This document shows, in pieces, positions 11,571-24,119 of a stretch of DNA of 64,000 nucleotides. The stretch comes from Octopus bimaculoides (lineage: Eukaryota): the NCBI RefSeq assembly GCF_001194135.2, contig NC_068995.1:1247830-1311829 (forward strand), written 5' to 3'. Under the pieces are notes generated by a model that was not told where the DNA came from, made no database searches, and worked only from the letters and a program-made list of their open reading frames with translations. The translations under genes were made by a program, and so were the position numbers. Every line of letters begins with the position of its first letter. Within the stretch, counting starts at the first letter, position 1.

Positions 11571-13709
11571 AATGTTCCATTTCTCATAACCAAATCAGTC
11601 AAAGTATTAGAAGAAATATTAAAAACATGGAAGCAACATCAAGAATCAGGAGACCCAAAGAAGAGCAATTAACCAAAGATGAAAGTCTTCATGAGCAGAA
11701 AAGAAAACAGAACACTAGTACCAACAAGGAACTGGTCATACTCAATATGCAAAAAGGGAGCAAGTGGGAACTCTATAATGTAATAGCAATTACTATACAA
11801 AAACTGAAGTGAGGTCTGAGGGAGGTTGCCAGAAAAGGATTTTTGTAAGGGACAATAAACACACAGCAATAATTAGCAGTAATGGAACCTAAGAAATGAA
11901 GATTTTTCAAATGCTCAGAAGTCTAGTAAGAGGGAGCTGAAAGCTTCTGGTAACCAGGCAACAAAATTAGTAATGGAGATGAATGTTGTAAAAGCCAGAG
12001 TAAAGATCAGTAGAAAAGGTTTAGGGAGCTCTATTAGCTCTGCTGTCAACAAAGGGATTCTCTCAGTAAGTGAAGGGCATATTGTATGGTGTTTGTGTAC
12101 ATGCCCTGGATGTGGGGAATGAAGGAAAGAAATGAGGTGAACTTGTACTGTTGGATGTGTAAATGTTTGCATGTCTGAATGACGAAGTAGAAGTGTGGTG
12201 AGAGAAAAACTGGGAAATGGAGGCATTAGCTTTCATGTATGAAAGAGAAGAGAGTACACGAGAGAAGAGAGTACAGGAGAGAAGAAGAAAATACAAGAGA
12301 GAAGAGATGCCATTAATGGAGACATGATGTGTAAAATGAAGAATAGTCAGGTGAGTGAGAAAAAGTGTCAATGCATGCAAGTGAAAGGAGTCTAGTGAAG
12401 AGGAACATCAAAGACATGGTGAGAAGCGATACTTGGTCTTTGGATGGTGAGACTCACAAAGATGATGAAGAACTGCAAGGAGTGGTGAGATGCTGTGCTA
12501 AAACAGACCAAAAAAACCCCAAAAAAAACAGCAAATGTAAAAGCAAAAGATCATTATATACATATATTATACATACATTTATATATAGATGTAAATGTGT
12601 GTGTGTGTGTGTATACATATATTATTTAATACAGGGTGTGGGAAAAAACAACCCTCTCCATTTGCTACATGAAGACACTGTTTCCAGCTGCCTTAACTTC
12701 ACCCATACTTTATGCAGCAGTTGATGTGGTACTAAGAAAGTCAGACAGGTAGAAATGGAGTCAACATGTAGCAAATGGAGGAGGTCTTTTAACCACACCT
12801 TGTACGTATGTGTATTTATAAGTGGAGGAATATAGCTTTCCACCTAAAAACAATGAAACAATTTATGAATTAAATGGAATCCAATGTAGAAAAATATAAA
12901 CACACAATATGAGGTGAATAAGTTAGTAATTTCTCAACTATTCTAGTAATAACTTGTCATAGAAATATAGAGAAATAAATTGTTTTTTCTTACTTGGGAT
13001 TTCTAATAATTTTCAAGGATTGATAGATTGTGACATCATCGCCACTGGAAAGGAAGCTAGTCTACTGCAGGTTTTTTTTCCTTCACATCACCAAAATGCA
13101 TTTTTCTAAAATATCTGTGGCTTGTTTGTTACTTTCATCCTCTCTACCTCTGTGTCTGCTCTTAGCAGGGAATGCTGAAATGTTTGATAGGCTGGAGATA
13201 TACCAGGTGGTCGATGATGTGAAATGATTGAAGGAGATATCACTCCACTGGGAGAGGAAGAAAGTCATTTTCATCATACTTCACCTAACACAAGGATTTC
13301 AAAATTAGCAACACCAGAAGCTGATGAAACACTTAAATCACTCATAACACACAGAGCCCGGTAATGAATACAATTGTACACTGCACCTCTTAAGTGGACT
13401 GGGAGTGCAGAGCTAAGAGTGAAGACTCAAACAAGCAAGAGTGACAGAATGTGAAGATGTGTGGTCTAGTAATTAGAGTGTTGTGTTCATAATCATATGA
13501 TCAAGGTTTCAGTTCCTGAACTGAGCAGTGTGTTCTTGAGCAAGACACTTCATTTCACATTGTTCCACTCAGTTATAAATGAATTCCAGCAACAACAAGG
13601 AAGATAACCCCATGATTGGCTGACAGTCCATCCAGGGGAGTTTTGTAACCCCAATCACTTTTATGGCAAGGAAATCAGGTTGAGCGCCAGCCTGATGAAT
13701 TTTTGCATA

Positions 13710-13908
13710 ATAATTTCAAATTCTGCTACAAGAGCAGCTTGGGTGTGAGTCGATTACATCAACCCCAACTGGTACTTATTTTATCGACCCTGAAAGGATG
13801 AAAGGCAAAGTCAACCTTGGTGGAATTTGAACTCGGAACATAGCGACAGGCGAAATATTGCTAAGCATTCCATCCAGCGTACTAACGATTCTGCCATCTC
13901 ACCGCCTT
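13710..13908 (-). mobile_element. SINE family A
   Basis: Reverse complement of the family A consensus: actggtacttattttatcgaccctgaaaggatgaaaggcaaagtcaacc...ctaacgattctgcca. Confidence 0.8.
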
Positions 13909-14172
13909 ATATAATAATAACAATAGTAATAATGATAATAATAATAATAATATGCTAAATCTTTTCTTTTTAGTTAGATAGAAAAGCAATTGAAAGAATT
14001 TTCCATGCAAAATTGGGAGTCAATTTAGATATTTTTTCTTTTCTTTTAAATTTTATCTTTGTTTTGCATGTCTTTTTTTTTGTGTCGGGGCAGGGAGTAA
14101 TGACTGGCTGGTAGGGGTTGCTGAGTTTTTTTTTTGCTTTCTTCTTCCACTCAACTGATCGGATTAATAGCA

Positions 14173-14516
14173 GTGGACAAGGAATATAATGGATATCTGG
14201 TGTAGTGGACACCCAATGCAGTGGCCAGCAGATATACCAGACATGTAATAAAGTGGACAGTGAAAACAGTGGACATGTTGGCATAGGAGATGTGATAACA
14301 CATTGGAAATGTTGACAGAATCGACACTGACAGAATGGACATGTGGCAGCTGTCAGGTTGACAATGTGGACATATTGTCACAGCTGAGATGTTGACTGGT
14401 TGCTCATGTTGGCAGAGTGGACATGTTGGAACAGTGAACATTCTGACAGAATGGACAACAGACATTTTGACATGGTGGACCTATTGACAACATGGTTGTG
14501 ATGACAGAATGAACAG
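14173..14516. repeat. Degenerate ~18-nt tandem repeat (unit near GACAGAGTGGACATGTTG)
   Basis: gtggaca/atggaca/ttgaca/ctgacag recur densely across about 340 bp. Confidence 0.65.
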
Positions 14517-15896
14517 AAAAAGGAGAAAAAAATCAGTAGTATCCCAAAGGGGAACAGGAAGTGGACAGATGAATTATGTGTTCATCAAAAAAGCAGTAAA
14601 TAAATAAATATTTTGGTTGTTCTTGACCAAAGAATCTTATCTTTGGACACATTTCAGACAGCAAATGAATAGTTTTTTTTTGTTGTTTTCCTTTTTGCTG
14701 TTGTTATTTGTGTTTCTGTAATAATTTTTTTTGCTTTGTTTCAAAGTTTTCTGAAAAAGTAATTTTAATAAATATTTGTTTTTTTAAAATTTCAATTTTT
14801 ATATTCATTTCTTGAGATAGTTTAGTTTTTTAGTGTTATTTTTTATATTTAGTTTGTAAATTCTTTTCTGATTTCCACAAATGTTTATACATATGTGTGT
14901 GTGTGTTTGTATTTATGTATGTCCGTATGTATATATGTGTATGTATGTAGACACATACACACATGTAAACAATGCAATCATAAAAACCCATCAATTTATA
15001 CGTTAATAAAAGTTTTCAAAGATATTCATGAGTTTTGTTACATTTCATCTCCCAGTGGCTTTGTTAAAGTCTTCTTTTGAACAGGTCTTCTCTCATGCCA
15101 CTATAATACTTTAGGATGGCGCTGTATTAGTATGACAGGAACACTGTTCAAAAGATGATTTTACAATCACACCTCTTCTTTCAGGAATATTGGTAGACAA
15201 AATATAATAAAATTATGTAACAAAGCTCTAGAACATTTTTTAAAGTAATCCTTAAATTATATTCAATGCAAATAAATTGGTCAAGGAATTATTCCAAATG
15301 ATCACCATTTAACCACATTCTATGGTTTAAGATTTAGAAAATGTCAGGGGGAAAGTCTATCATTTCACAAATTTAAAGCATAAACAGAAGTAAAGGCTGC
15401 TTCTTTTATGGCCACATAAACCAAGCAACACAAACAGAATGAGTCATTTGATCTTGACTTTATGTACTCAACGACTTTGATTATCTTTAAAAACTGTCAG
15501 CAACACAGATTGACAGGTTTCTGTGATTGCATAAAATATATAAATTAACCTTATATTTATTTTATTGAGCATTTATCACTATGATATATGAAATATGCTT
15601 GATCACTATATCTATGTGTATGTATGTCAGTGTATGTATATATGTACATACATACGCATATATACAATATGAAGAAATTTGTATGTAATAATGCACACAC
15701 ACACACACACACACATTCTTATATCAGTATGAGTATATGTATGTTTATACATGTTGTATGAGTGAGTGTGTGTGTATGTGTGTTAATTTATATGAGATCA
15801 GTATGCTAATGTGTAAGATCATGTGAAAGAGTGATTAAACAAAATGATAGTCCCTATATGTAATTATGTAATATATATATATATATATATGTGTAT

Positions 15897-15953
<57 letters not shown>

Positions 15954-16072
15954 AATACATACATATATAAATAGAGAGGGAGAGAGAGAGATTTGTGTGT
16001 GTATGTATGCATATTTGTGTGTATATGTATATATGCATGTATGTATGTATGTCCTGAAATTTTGAGAGTCAT

Positions 16073-16220
16073 TCATTGACAAAGATGTTCAGGAAAATAG
16101 CGGATGATTGCAACACCAGCATCACAGCGTTGGGTGGACATATTCTGGCCGATTATTTCCCAAGTGTTCTTCAAGGGGTCAAAACTCTCCATAGAATTTA
16201 GCAATGTATTTCCATCATAT
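16073..16220 (-). CDS. KLHL12: KLHL12 last coding exon (kelch 6)
   Basis: 148 nt, [49 protein letters not shown]; TGA at 16073-16075. Confidence 0.92.
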
Positions 16221-16664
16221 CTGAAATATATGGAAGATGGAGGAAATTTTGAAAAGAAATGGTAAGAATAAATAAAAAAAGAAGAAAAAAAGCATTAAAA
16301 AAATCTCAAGCTTCAAAAAAAAACCCCCAAATTTTATTTATTACATGTGTACGGAAGAAATCTACGGTGGATCAACTCAGAAGACATTGGTGGGACCAAG
16401 ATTATAGAATGGTACTTTGGGTATCTTCTAATATTGTTCCAATGCGTTGTGAGTGGATTTGGTAGACGGAAACTGAAAGAAGCCCAGTGTGTGTGTTTCT
16501 GTCTCTTTGCCTTTATATAAGAAAATATTTCTGGTCATAGGAGAAGTATTACATTGCTTGGAAACAGACAAGATTTGGCAAAAGAAAAGGCATCCAGCCA
16601 TAGAAAATCTGATATTCAGTCTGACCCATGGACGTTAAAATGATGATATATGTGTGTGTTTGTG

Positions 16665-16709
<45 letters not shown>

Positions 16710-19700
16710 ATATATGTATGTGTGTGTGTGTGTGTATATATATATATACATATCTGAATGGCAAAGTAGATGTTAAATGATGAAAAAACTACAACTTACC
16801 CAGCAACCACCAGAAGCTTCCCCCGTAAGATACAAGCACCAACATAACATCTTGGTACAGTCATATTCTGTATTGATGTCCAGTGACCAGTGTAGCTGTT
16901 GAAACATTCTACGCTGGACAAATGGTTCGAGCCATCATAGCCACCACACACATATATGATGTCATTAACAACAGCAACACCTGCCCCTGAAATAGATAAT
17001 TACATCAGCAATTTAAAATATACATAAAGGATACACTAACAATTTGAACATTCAACATAACAGCGTATGTGTGGTTGGCCTTTATGCTGGAAATAGCAGC
17101 TAAATCACCATCAAGCCACACTGTCCTGTATAATGTATCCTGGATACAATGAGTGAATAAAAGATGTCATCAGAGCTGGAATGGCTTTGATCAAAGGTCT
17201 GCTTGACTGTGACTGCCTCGGGGTTAAACAACAACATCAAGGAAGGTCCTAAGTATAGAATGAGGAATAAAACATTATTAGAAAGGGTGGTCACAGATGG
17301 AACACCTTTGGTTGTAGGTTTGCTAGATTAGAGTTGTCCAGGGCCAAACAATAACAACAACAACAACTAATGATTAAATTATGCATAAGTTTGTAAGTGG
17401 AATATGTAAAGAGAAGAAGAGCTTTTCACCAAATTAATTGTTGTCATATTAAACTAATATACTTATTAATTTCAATCTAAGACAAAAACATTCATCATTT
17501 AGAATGTTTACTAAGCTAAGGGTCTGTAACTGCTACTAAAGAAACACAATAAGGCAGAACTTGTCCAGCATTAACTTCCTTTATTTGCTAACGACAAGAT
17601 AATTTTTGTTACTTACTGATGAAAATAATACTGATTTTTATGAAGCAAAATTTCTATCGAATAATGTGTCCAGTTCTGACAGACAGAAAAAAAAGGGAAA
17701 TAAATAGCAATAATAAATAAACACAAAAAGAAAAAAAATACAAGCAGAAATAAAGGTAATAAATAAAGGTAATAAATAAAGGTGAGCTGCTGACCTGATC
17801 GCCGAGTGGACATTGGTTCCATGGGTGACCATCGTTCAGTGTCTGGATCATAAACTTCTCCTGAATCAAGGAGATTAACCCCATCATATCCTCCAATACA
17901 GTAAATCTTGTCTCTGGCCACAACAAGTCCAGCTCCTTCCCGACCAACAGACATACCACACAGTAATATCCACTGGTCAAGTACAACATTATAAACCTCC
18001 ATACTTGTGTGTCGAGAGTAACCATCAAACCCACCACAAACATAGATTTTCCCTGGAAAGAGATCAAACAAACAGCTTTGCATGATTTCTCTTGAAAATT
18101 TGTCATTGGTCAGTGATGACCACTGAAGCCTGGAACCTCAGTACAAATCTTTCACCATTTCAGCCAATCCTATTTCTTTCACCTTCACACCCCATCCTCC
18201 ATCCCCTGCCTCTTCCATCTCCTTCTTTTAACTTTCCCCTCACATCCTTATCTATTCATCAATCACCATTCTTCACCTTTCCTCTCAATTCTTTTACATA
18301 CTCATCTTCTTGTCCCTTGACAGTAAACATGTCACTACTGCTTTTGTCTTCTTTCCAGCCACTTATGACCACCTACCCTTAATTATACCGGGTAGCCACA
18401 TATCTCCTCTATAACAAAAACACCTGTGCTTCTCCCTCCATCATACCTTTCAGACCATGGCAACAAATAGAGAGGACAGCCAAGGCTTGTAAACTTTTGG
18501 CTTACAAGTATTGCAGCGCAATACTAACAACAACAACAGCAACAATAACAACACCACCGTCCCCATCACAATAAATCTTAAACCACCAATGACAACAATA
18601 ACAACAACATCATCATCATCATCACACCGTTCCGAAACATTTAAAGAAATCCAATTCCTTACCTTTGTAAACACAGGCTCCAGCTAGGCCTCTGTGTTGA
18701 TTCATTGGAGCCACATTTTGCCATTGGGCTTCTTCAGCTGTTGTGTCCAAACATTCTACAGAGTTTAACCGTGCTTGACCATCATAGCCACCAATAACAT
18801 AAATTTTACCATTTAACGATACTGCAGATACATAGCGCCGGGATTTCAGCAGACTCTAGTGGAACCAATTAGAATAATATGATGATTAATTTGAAACAAT
18901 GTGAATCAAATAAGCATTTGACAGAGTATGGAATNNNNNNNNNNNNNNNNNNNNNNNNNNNNNNNNNNNNNNNNNNNNNNNNNNNNNNNNNNNNNNNNNN
19001 NNNNNNNNNNNNNNNNNNNNNNNNNNNNNNNNNNNNNNNNNNNNNNNNNNNNNNNNNNNNNNNNNNNNNNNNNNNNNNNNNNNNNNNNNNNNNNNNNNNN
19101 NNNNNNNNNNNNNNNNNNNNNNNNNNNNNNNNNNNNNNNNNNNNNNNNNNNNNNNNNNNNNNNNNNNNNNNNNNNNNNNNNNNNNNNNNNNNNNNNNNNN
19201 NNNNNNNNNNNNNNNNNNNNNNNNNNNGTTTGTTGGGGTTAAAATGATGAGTAATAGTGGATGTAGATTGATGTTGTTGGTAGCAATGAGAGAGAGAGAG
19301 AGGAAGAGATAGAGAGAAAGAGAGAGAGAGAGATAAACTGATAGACAAAGAGAGGAACAGAGAGAGTGGCAAAAACAGAGAGAGTGACAGAAAGACACAA
19401 ACACAGAGAAACAGAGAAAGAGCAATAGAGACACACACACACAGAGATAGAGAGAGAGTGTGTGTGTGTGTGTGTGTGTGTAGAAGCGTTGTTCCAGAAA
19501 AGTGTAAAACAGTGGAGTATTCACCATAACGGGGTTGAGTCCTCAGGCTACACATACCACTCCGAAGATCTGGACGTAGATGGAATTTCTTTGCTTCATC
19601 AACGAGATCCCGACATTCATGGCACCGTCGAATTAATGGCTTTCATGGGAGGAAGAAGAAAAAACAATTTAGAAATAAAAAGATACAAAAAAAACAATTT

Positions 19701-22700
19701 AAATAGCAAACAAAATGAGAAGAATTCCATGGAATTAAGGAAAATCCCCAATTCACAATTCATAAACCTTGGGCAAACTGTGACCCATGGAACTTTCTGA
19801 AAAGCACAACTAATGGAAAATTATCTTGGATTTCTTTTGCAGTGGTGCAGCCTGCTTTATGGAGAGGCATGTTCTATGCAGCCCCACTTTTTGCAAAAGA
19901 TTGGTCATGCTTGATATAAACACTGACAGAGGTGTGTGCATGTATTTATGTACCTGTGTGTGTGTGTGTATGAGTGTTTGTATATGTGCATGTGTGTGTG
20001 TGTTGTATATACATACTCATAAATGCTCTATATTGTTTATGTTTAAAAATTCTAACGTTTTATGTTTTTTTTATTTATGACAGAGCAACAATCTTAGCAG
20101 CTTTTCTTCTGGCTTTAGGTGCTGTGTTCAAATCCCACCAAGGTTGACGTTGCCTTTAAGAATCAAATATGCAAATATTGCTTAGTGATTAGAAGAAAAC
20201 CACCCAGAGGGCAGTGTTTCCAGCATGGCAGCCATGGCAACAGCCTAATGACTGGAACCAGTGATAGGAATACTCAGCCAGCAAGATATTTTGCTCACAC
20301 CATTTTCAGAGATTTTTTTTAATGGATGCTTCATGGGGAATATTTAAATACCCTCTTCCCCTAGTATATGACTGGTATTTATTTTTACTTCAACATCTCC
20401 AGAAAGATGAAAGTCAAAGTTGTCCTGGGCAAGGATTGAACTCAGAACATAAAGAGCTGGAAATAACTACCATAGACATTCTACCCATAAGCACCTTCTT
20501 AGATACTGACCTCTGTATCAATTTTATCCGTGATGTACCAGGCCGACAGGAGTGGCAGCCGAACATGTTGAAGGAGGCGGGCAAGCTTATCTTTTCTGGT
20601 TTCTGGATCATATTTCACCCATTTGACAACAGCTTCATAGACAGGTTCTTCACAAATCACCTGAACCAAACGGAAACAACACAATAACAAATACATGAAT
20701 CAGTTTTCAATGTATCAGAGCATGACAAATAGAAAATGATTATCTTGATGGTGGTGGTGACAATGAATGCAAATTGCCATAAAGTAGTAAGGTCTATTGT
20801 ATAAACTACCTCAATTTCATCACTTTGTATCAAGCGTTCGACTTCTTCCACTGGCAAAAGTCGAAACTCCTCGTTCTGTATGATTTCATCGAACGCTTTC
20901 ACACTGTATTTCTCTGCAGCAGTCAACAGTCTTTCGCAGCCGTGATTTTCAGCAAAGATCTTAATACCCAAGCAGTTGGTGGGGTCCAGTTGTTTCTCAA
21001 GGAAGGCACTGCATGCATTTTTGACCCCTGAAATAGTAGCAATCATAGGAACACACAATAGACAATATTATTTTCTTTACAAATGCATGAAAAAAAAAAA
21101 AAACGAGAGAAGCTAAACCTGCTTAATGAATAAACAAAACCTTCCTACTTTCAACTACATCTTTAAAAGAAGGACCCCAAAAGCTAAAGAGAGAACTCTT
21201 ATAAACTGAATCAACTTGTTCATATCCATCCGAAACCTGGAGTGTAAGAAGGTCATCAATGCACAAAAATACTTCCTTTCACCATCATCATTTAATGTTC
21301 CTTTTTCCCTGCTGGTATGGGTCAGATGATTTCATAGGAGCTGGAAGTAGCACTGCTTCCTGTCGGCCTTGACACATTTCCTGTGTCCTTATGTTTACAA
21401 GGGGGAGACAAGCACCTCCACCCAACTAAGCCTGCATCCAGAGACATGGTTCTGAGTCTTTGCTCGTCATCAGTCTGGAGTAGCATGATCTGCTAGTCGA
21501 AGATGCCTGTCAAGCTCTTGTAAACATATAATAATTCTAGTGAAACACATTCACTGATTTCAAAAATAGAAATAATACATTTCTAAATATCTCAGAGAGA
21601 TTTATGCAGTAGTGATACGATAAAGTAATTGTATGCTGTCAACTTAATGTGACAGTCCCACGAAGGGAATAATACTACTGCTATTTAGCCCTAGGAAGCA
21701 GCATTGTTTCCTGTCAGCCTTGACACATTTCCTGTTGTATGCTGTCAACTTAATGTGACAGTCCCCTTTATGGCTTTATTATAACTGAACATAAAACTAA
21801 CACACACACACACAGATATGATGGGTTTCTTCCAGTCTCCATTTATCGAATTTATTCAGAAGGCTCTGATCAGACCAAGATTATTGTAGAAGACACTTGT
21901 CCATGGTGCCACAAAGTGGGACAGAACCCAAGACCCTATGGTTGGAAATCAAACTTCTTAACCAATCAAGCCAATTAGCTGTGCTTAATATTAGATTAAA
22001 TACTTTATAATTATGCCTTAAATGATGGAAATATCAGGTTGCTGGTGCCAGTTGCATGATGTTTACAAACACAGGTTCACATCAGAGATCATCTTTATCA
22101 ATGTCTAACTAAATACAGTAAAAGTTTGCTCACAAACTTTGTTGATTAGGAAATAATCAGTAAACACTTTTATCACCAAAAACAAAAGGAACTGACGTTT
22201 GCAGTAATGGAACAATGTTTATTATCTCAACACAAATCCACAGAAACGTGTGTGTGTGTGTGTGTGTGTGAGTTGGTGCTATAAATAGACATTGGGTCCA
22301 CGTCATTATCAATGTTGACACAATTTATGTCACATGAAATTACTAAATGCAGGAAACAACTAAATGAAACTCTGGAGTGTTTTGAAAATGTTTTCTAATT
22401 AAATGCCATGTTTAATTGGTAATGACGTAAGTATGATTTTAGTCATTATTCTATCCAATAATTACGATAAATCTGACACTCCACTCCTGTATTCGCCTTA
22501 CGTTGGGGGATGACATGGTCTGCAGCTGCAAGTTTCGTGTTTGATACGCTCAAACAAAGACGTCATGTGTATTAATAGTCAAGATATAATTATTTTTAGT
22601 TTTCAGGATTTTATTCATCATCATCATCATCAGTCTATTCAGTCAGTATCTACACAGGAGAGTCACCATCAACACACTGAATCTATCCAACAAACATGCA

Positions 22701-24119
22701 CAGTTTATTTGCTTAAAAATCTCAACTCCTCTGCTCTAAAAATGCATAAATTAAAAACTGTGATAATAATTGAAAAATGCAGTGAAAGTAAATTGGAAAA
22801 GAAGACATTTATAAAGGTGTTGTCATATCTTACCTGTGAGCTGGAGTAAGCAGGCAGCAGGTAATAATTCTTGGACATTGCTTATATTAACACAGACAGT
22901 TTCGGTATAGATGAAATCCAGCAGGACTTGCATGACAGTTGCTGAAACACCTTGAATATGGATCTTTGACTCGCTTTTTTCAGACATCTTAAATAACAAT
23001 CAAACAGACTTAAACAAGTAAATATTAAATGAAAACATTTAAGTCAGAAATATTAACCCTTTCGTTACCATATTTCTGTTGAAATACACTGCTTTGGTTT
23101 CAATAGTTTTTGGAGATAATGAAGAATTTAATAAAATGGCTTTGTTCCATTGTTAAACTGGGGTTTGGAATATAAAATCAACTGAAATCAAATGTAAATT
23201 TGATGGAAGGTTTCAAGATCACTTTTAAAATAGAAAGTTTGTATCCTAGAACCAGGATACAATATCTGGCAAGAGAGTATCAAAAAGTTAAACAACAGTC
23301 AGTACTATTCTGATGTGTCTGTGGAACACTCAGTCATTTACACGTTAATTCAAGGGCAGATAATTCAGCTGATCGAGCAACTGAATCTTCATCGAACTTT
23401 GGAAATCCATCACCACTTCATCTCATGTTAAACATTTATTTGCAATTTTGTTTAATTAATAGAAAACATCACCCTCTCATCTTTTTAACATCCACTTTTC
23501 CATGCTATCATGGATTGGACAGAATTCACTGAGGCAGATTTTCTACAACCAGATGCCTTTCCTGCATTCAAACCTCACCATCTTCCAAGCAAGGCAATAT
23601 TTTACCCCTACAACAGGATACATCTTTCCACAAAAGATCAGAAATGAATGACACTGCTTGTATAACAGTGATACTCATTTACAACCATCATACACTCCTA
23701 AGACTTTGGTCATCCTGGGACTGTAGTAAAGGCGACTTGCCCAATGTTCCACTCAGTGGGATTGAACTCAAAAACCACATGGCTGGGAGGTAAACTTTTT
23801 AATCACTCGCCGTGAAGGAATATCATTACGAATATGGTAACTAAAGGGAAGAAAAAAATGAAACCATCAGTTCTGAGCTGCAGCTAACTCACAAAGCCGA
23901 GAGTGAAAGAGTTCTCACCTCATTAGTGAACATGGCACAGAAGTAATCACTGCAGGCTGCCAACACAATCCTGTGGACTGGGAAGTCCATTCCACCCACA
24001 TGCAAAGTGACATCACACAGGACCCGTGTCTTACGCAGTAAATTCATTGTGGTCAGCAGAGGTTTAGCATGGCAGTTTGTAAACACCTCACTGGCCTGCT
24101 CCTCTTCAAGGTAAGCCAT
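16073..24119 (-). CDS. KLHL12: Kelch-like protein 12 (BTB-BACK-Kelch CUL3 substrate adaptor), whole coding span; 9 visible coding exons plus 1 inferred in an N gap
   Basis: Visible exons (minus): 23919-24119, 22834-22987, 20810-21027, 20511-20660, 19525-19639, [gap], 18663-18855, 17795-18052, 16800-16986, 16073-16220. All introns GT-AG. Translation matches remembered human KLHL12 throughout: [51 protein letters not shown] kelch repeats, TQRCDAGV. Visible CDS is 1624 nt; adding a 107-nt exon gives 576 aa. Confidence 0.95.
16385..16645 (+). mobile_element. SINE family B body + tail type D, in the last KLHL12 intron
   Basis: gtgagtggatttggtagacggaaactgaaagaagccc...ggcatccagccatagaaaatctg...ctgacccatggacgttaaaatgatga. 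Confidence 0.7.
16800..16986 (-). CDS. KLHL12: KLHL12 exon (kelch 5)
   Basis: 187 nt, [28 protein letters not shown]...[18 protein letters not shown]; donor GTAAGT. Confidence 0.93.
17795..18052 (-). CDS. KLHL12: KLHL12 exon (kelch 3-4)
   Basis: 258 nt, [19 protein letters not shown]...REGAGLVV...GGYDGVNLL...STRRS; phase 1->1. Confidence 0.94.
18663..18855 (-). CDS. KLHL12: KLHL12 exon (kelch 2)
   Basis: 193 nt, [37 protein letters not shown]...[11 protein letters not shown]; donor GTAAGG. Confidence 0.93.
19525..19639 (-). CDS. KLHL12: KLHL12 exon (BACK-kelch linker)
   Basis: 115 nt, [38 protein letters not shown]; phase 0->1. Confidence 0.92.
20511..20660 (-). CDS. KLHL12: KLHL12 exon (BACK)
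   Basis: 150 nt, [17 protein letters not shown]...[21 protein letters not shown]; phase 0->0. Confidence 0.93.
20810..21027 (-). CDS. KLHL12: KLHL12 exon (BTB/BACK)
   Basis: 218 nt, [31 protein letters not shown]...SDEIE; phase 1->0. Confidence 0.93.
21629..21765. mobile_element. 75-bp retroposon-tail insertion flanked by a perfect 31-bp direct repeat (candidate TSD)
   Basis: ttgtatgctgtcaacttaatgtgacagtccc at 21629-21659 and 21735-21765; part of the insert matches the SINE-tail segment at 21357-21384 (27/28). Confidence 0.65.
22834..22987 (-). CDS. KLHL12: KLHL12 exon (BTB)
   Basis: 154 nt, [51 protein letters not shown]; donor GTAAGA; absent from the ORF track. Confidence 0.93.
23919..24119 (-). 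CDS. KLHL12: KLHL12 first coding exon (exon spans 23919-24198 including 5' UTR); BTB N-terminus
   Basis: MAYLEEEQ...[34 protein letters not shown]; acceptor ttttgcag at 24199-24200; donor GTGAGA at 23918; phase 0. Confidence 0.93.

Noticed and set aside
13209-13220. GGR-TGA-C as a known selenoprotein motif
   Set aside because: Matches no Sec context I know (CxxU, UxxC, GCUG, SLUG etc.) and no SECIS could be identified by eye; kept only as an unexplained island.
14260-14350. DRMDM resembles the reflectin MD repeat
   Set aside because: A single occurrence in a frame with stops; lacks the M/FD(X5)MD(X5)MD spacing and the Tyr/Arg/Trp composition.
15835-16082. Many [12 protein letters not shown] ORFs throughout the window
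   Set aside because: Translations of (TA)n, (CA)n and (TG)n microsatellites.
17750-17785. 13-nt unit aataaataaaggt repeated about three times next to a KLHL12 donor
   Set aside because: Simple slippage repeat in an intron; the donor and reading frame are unaffected.
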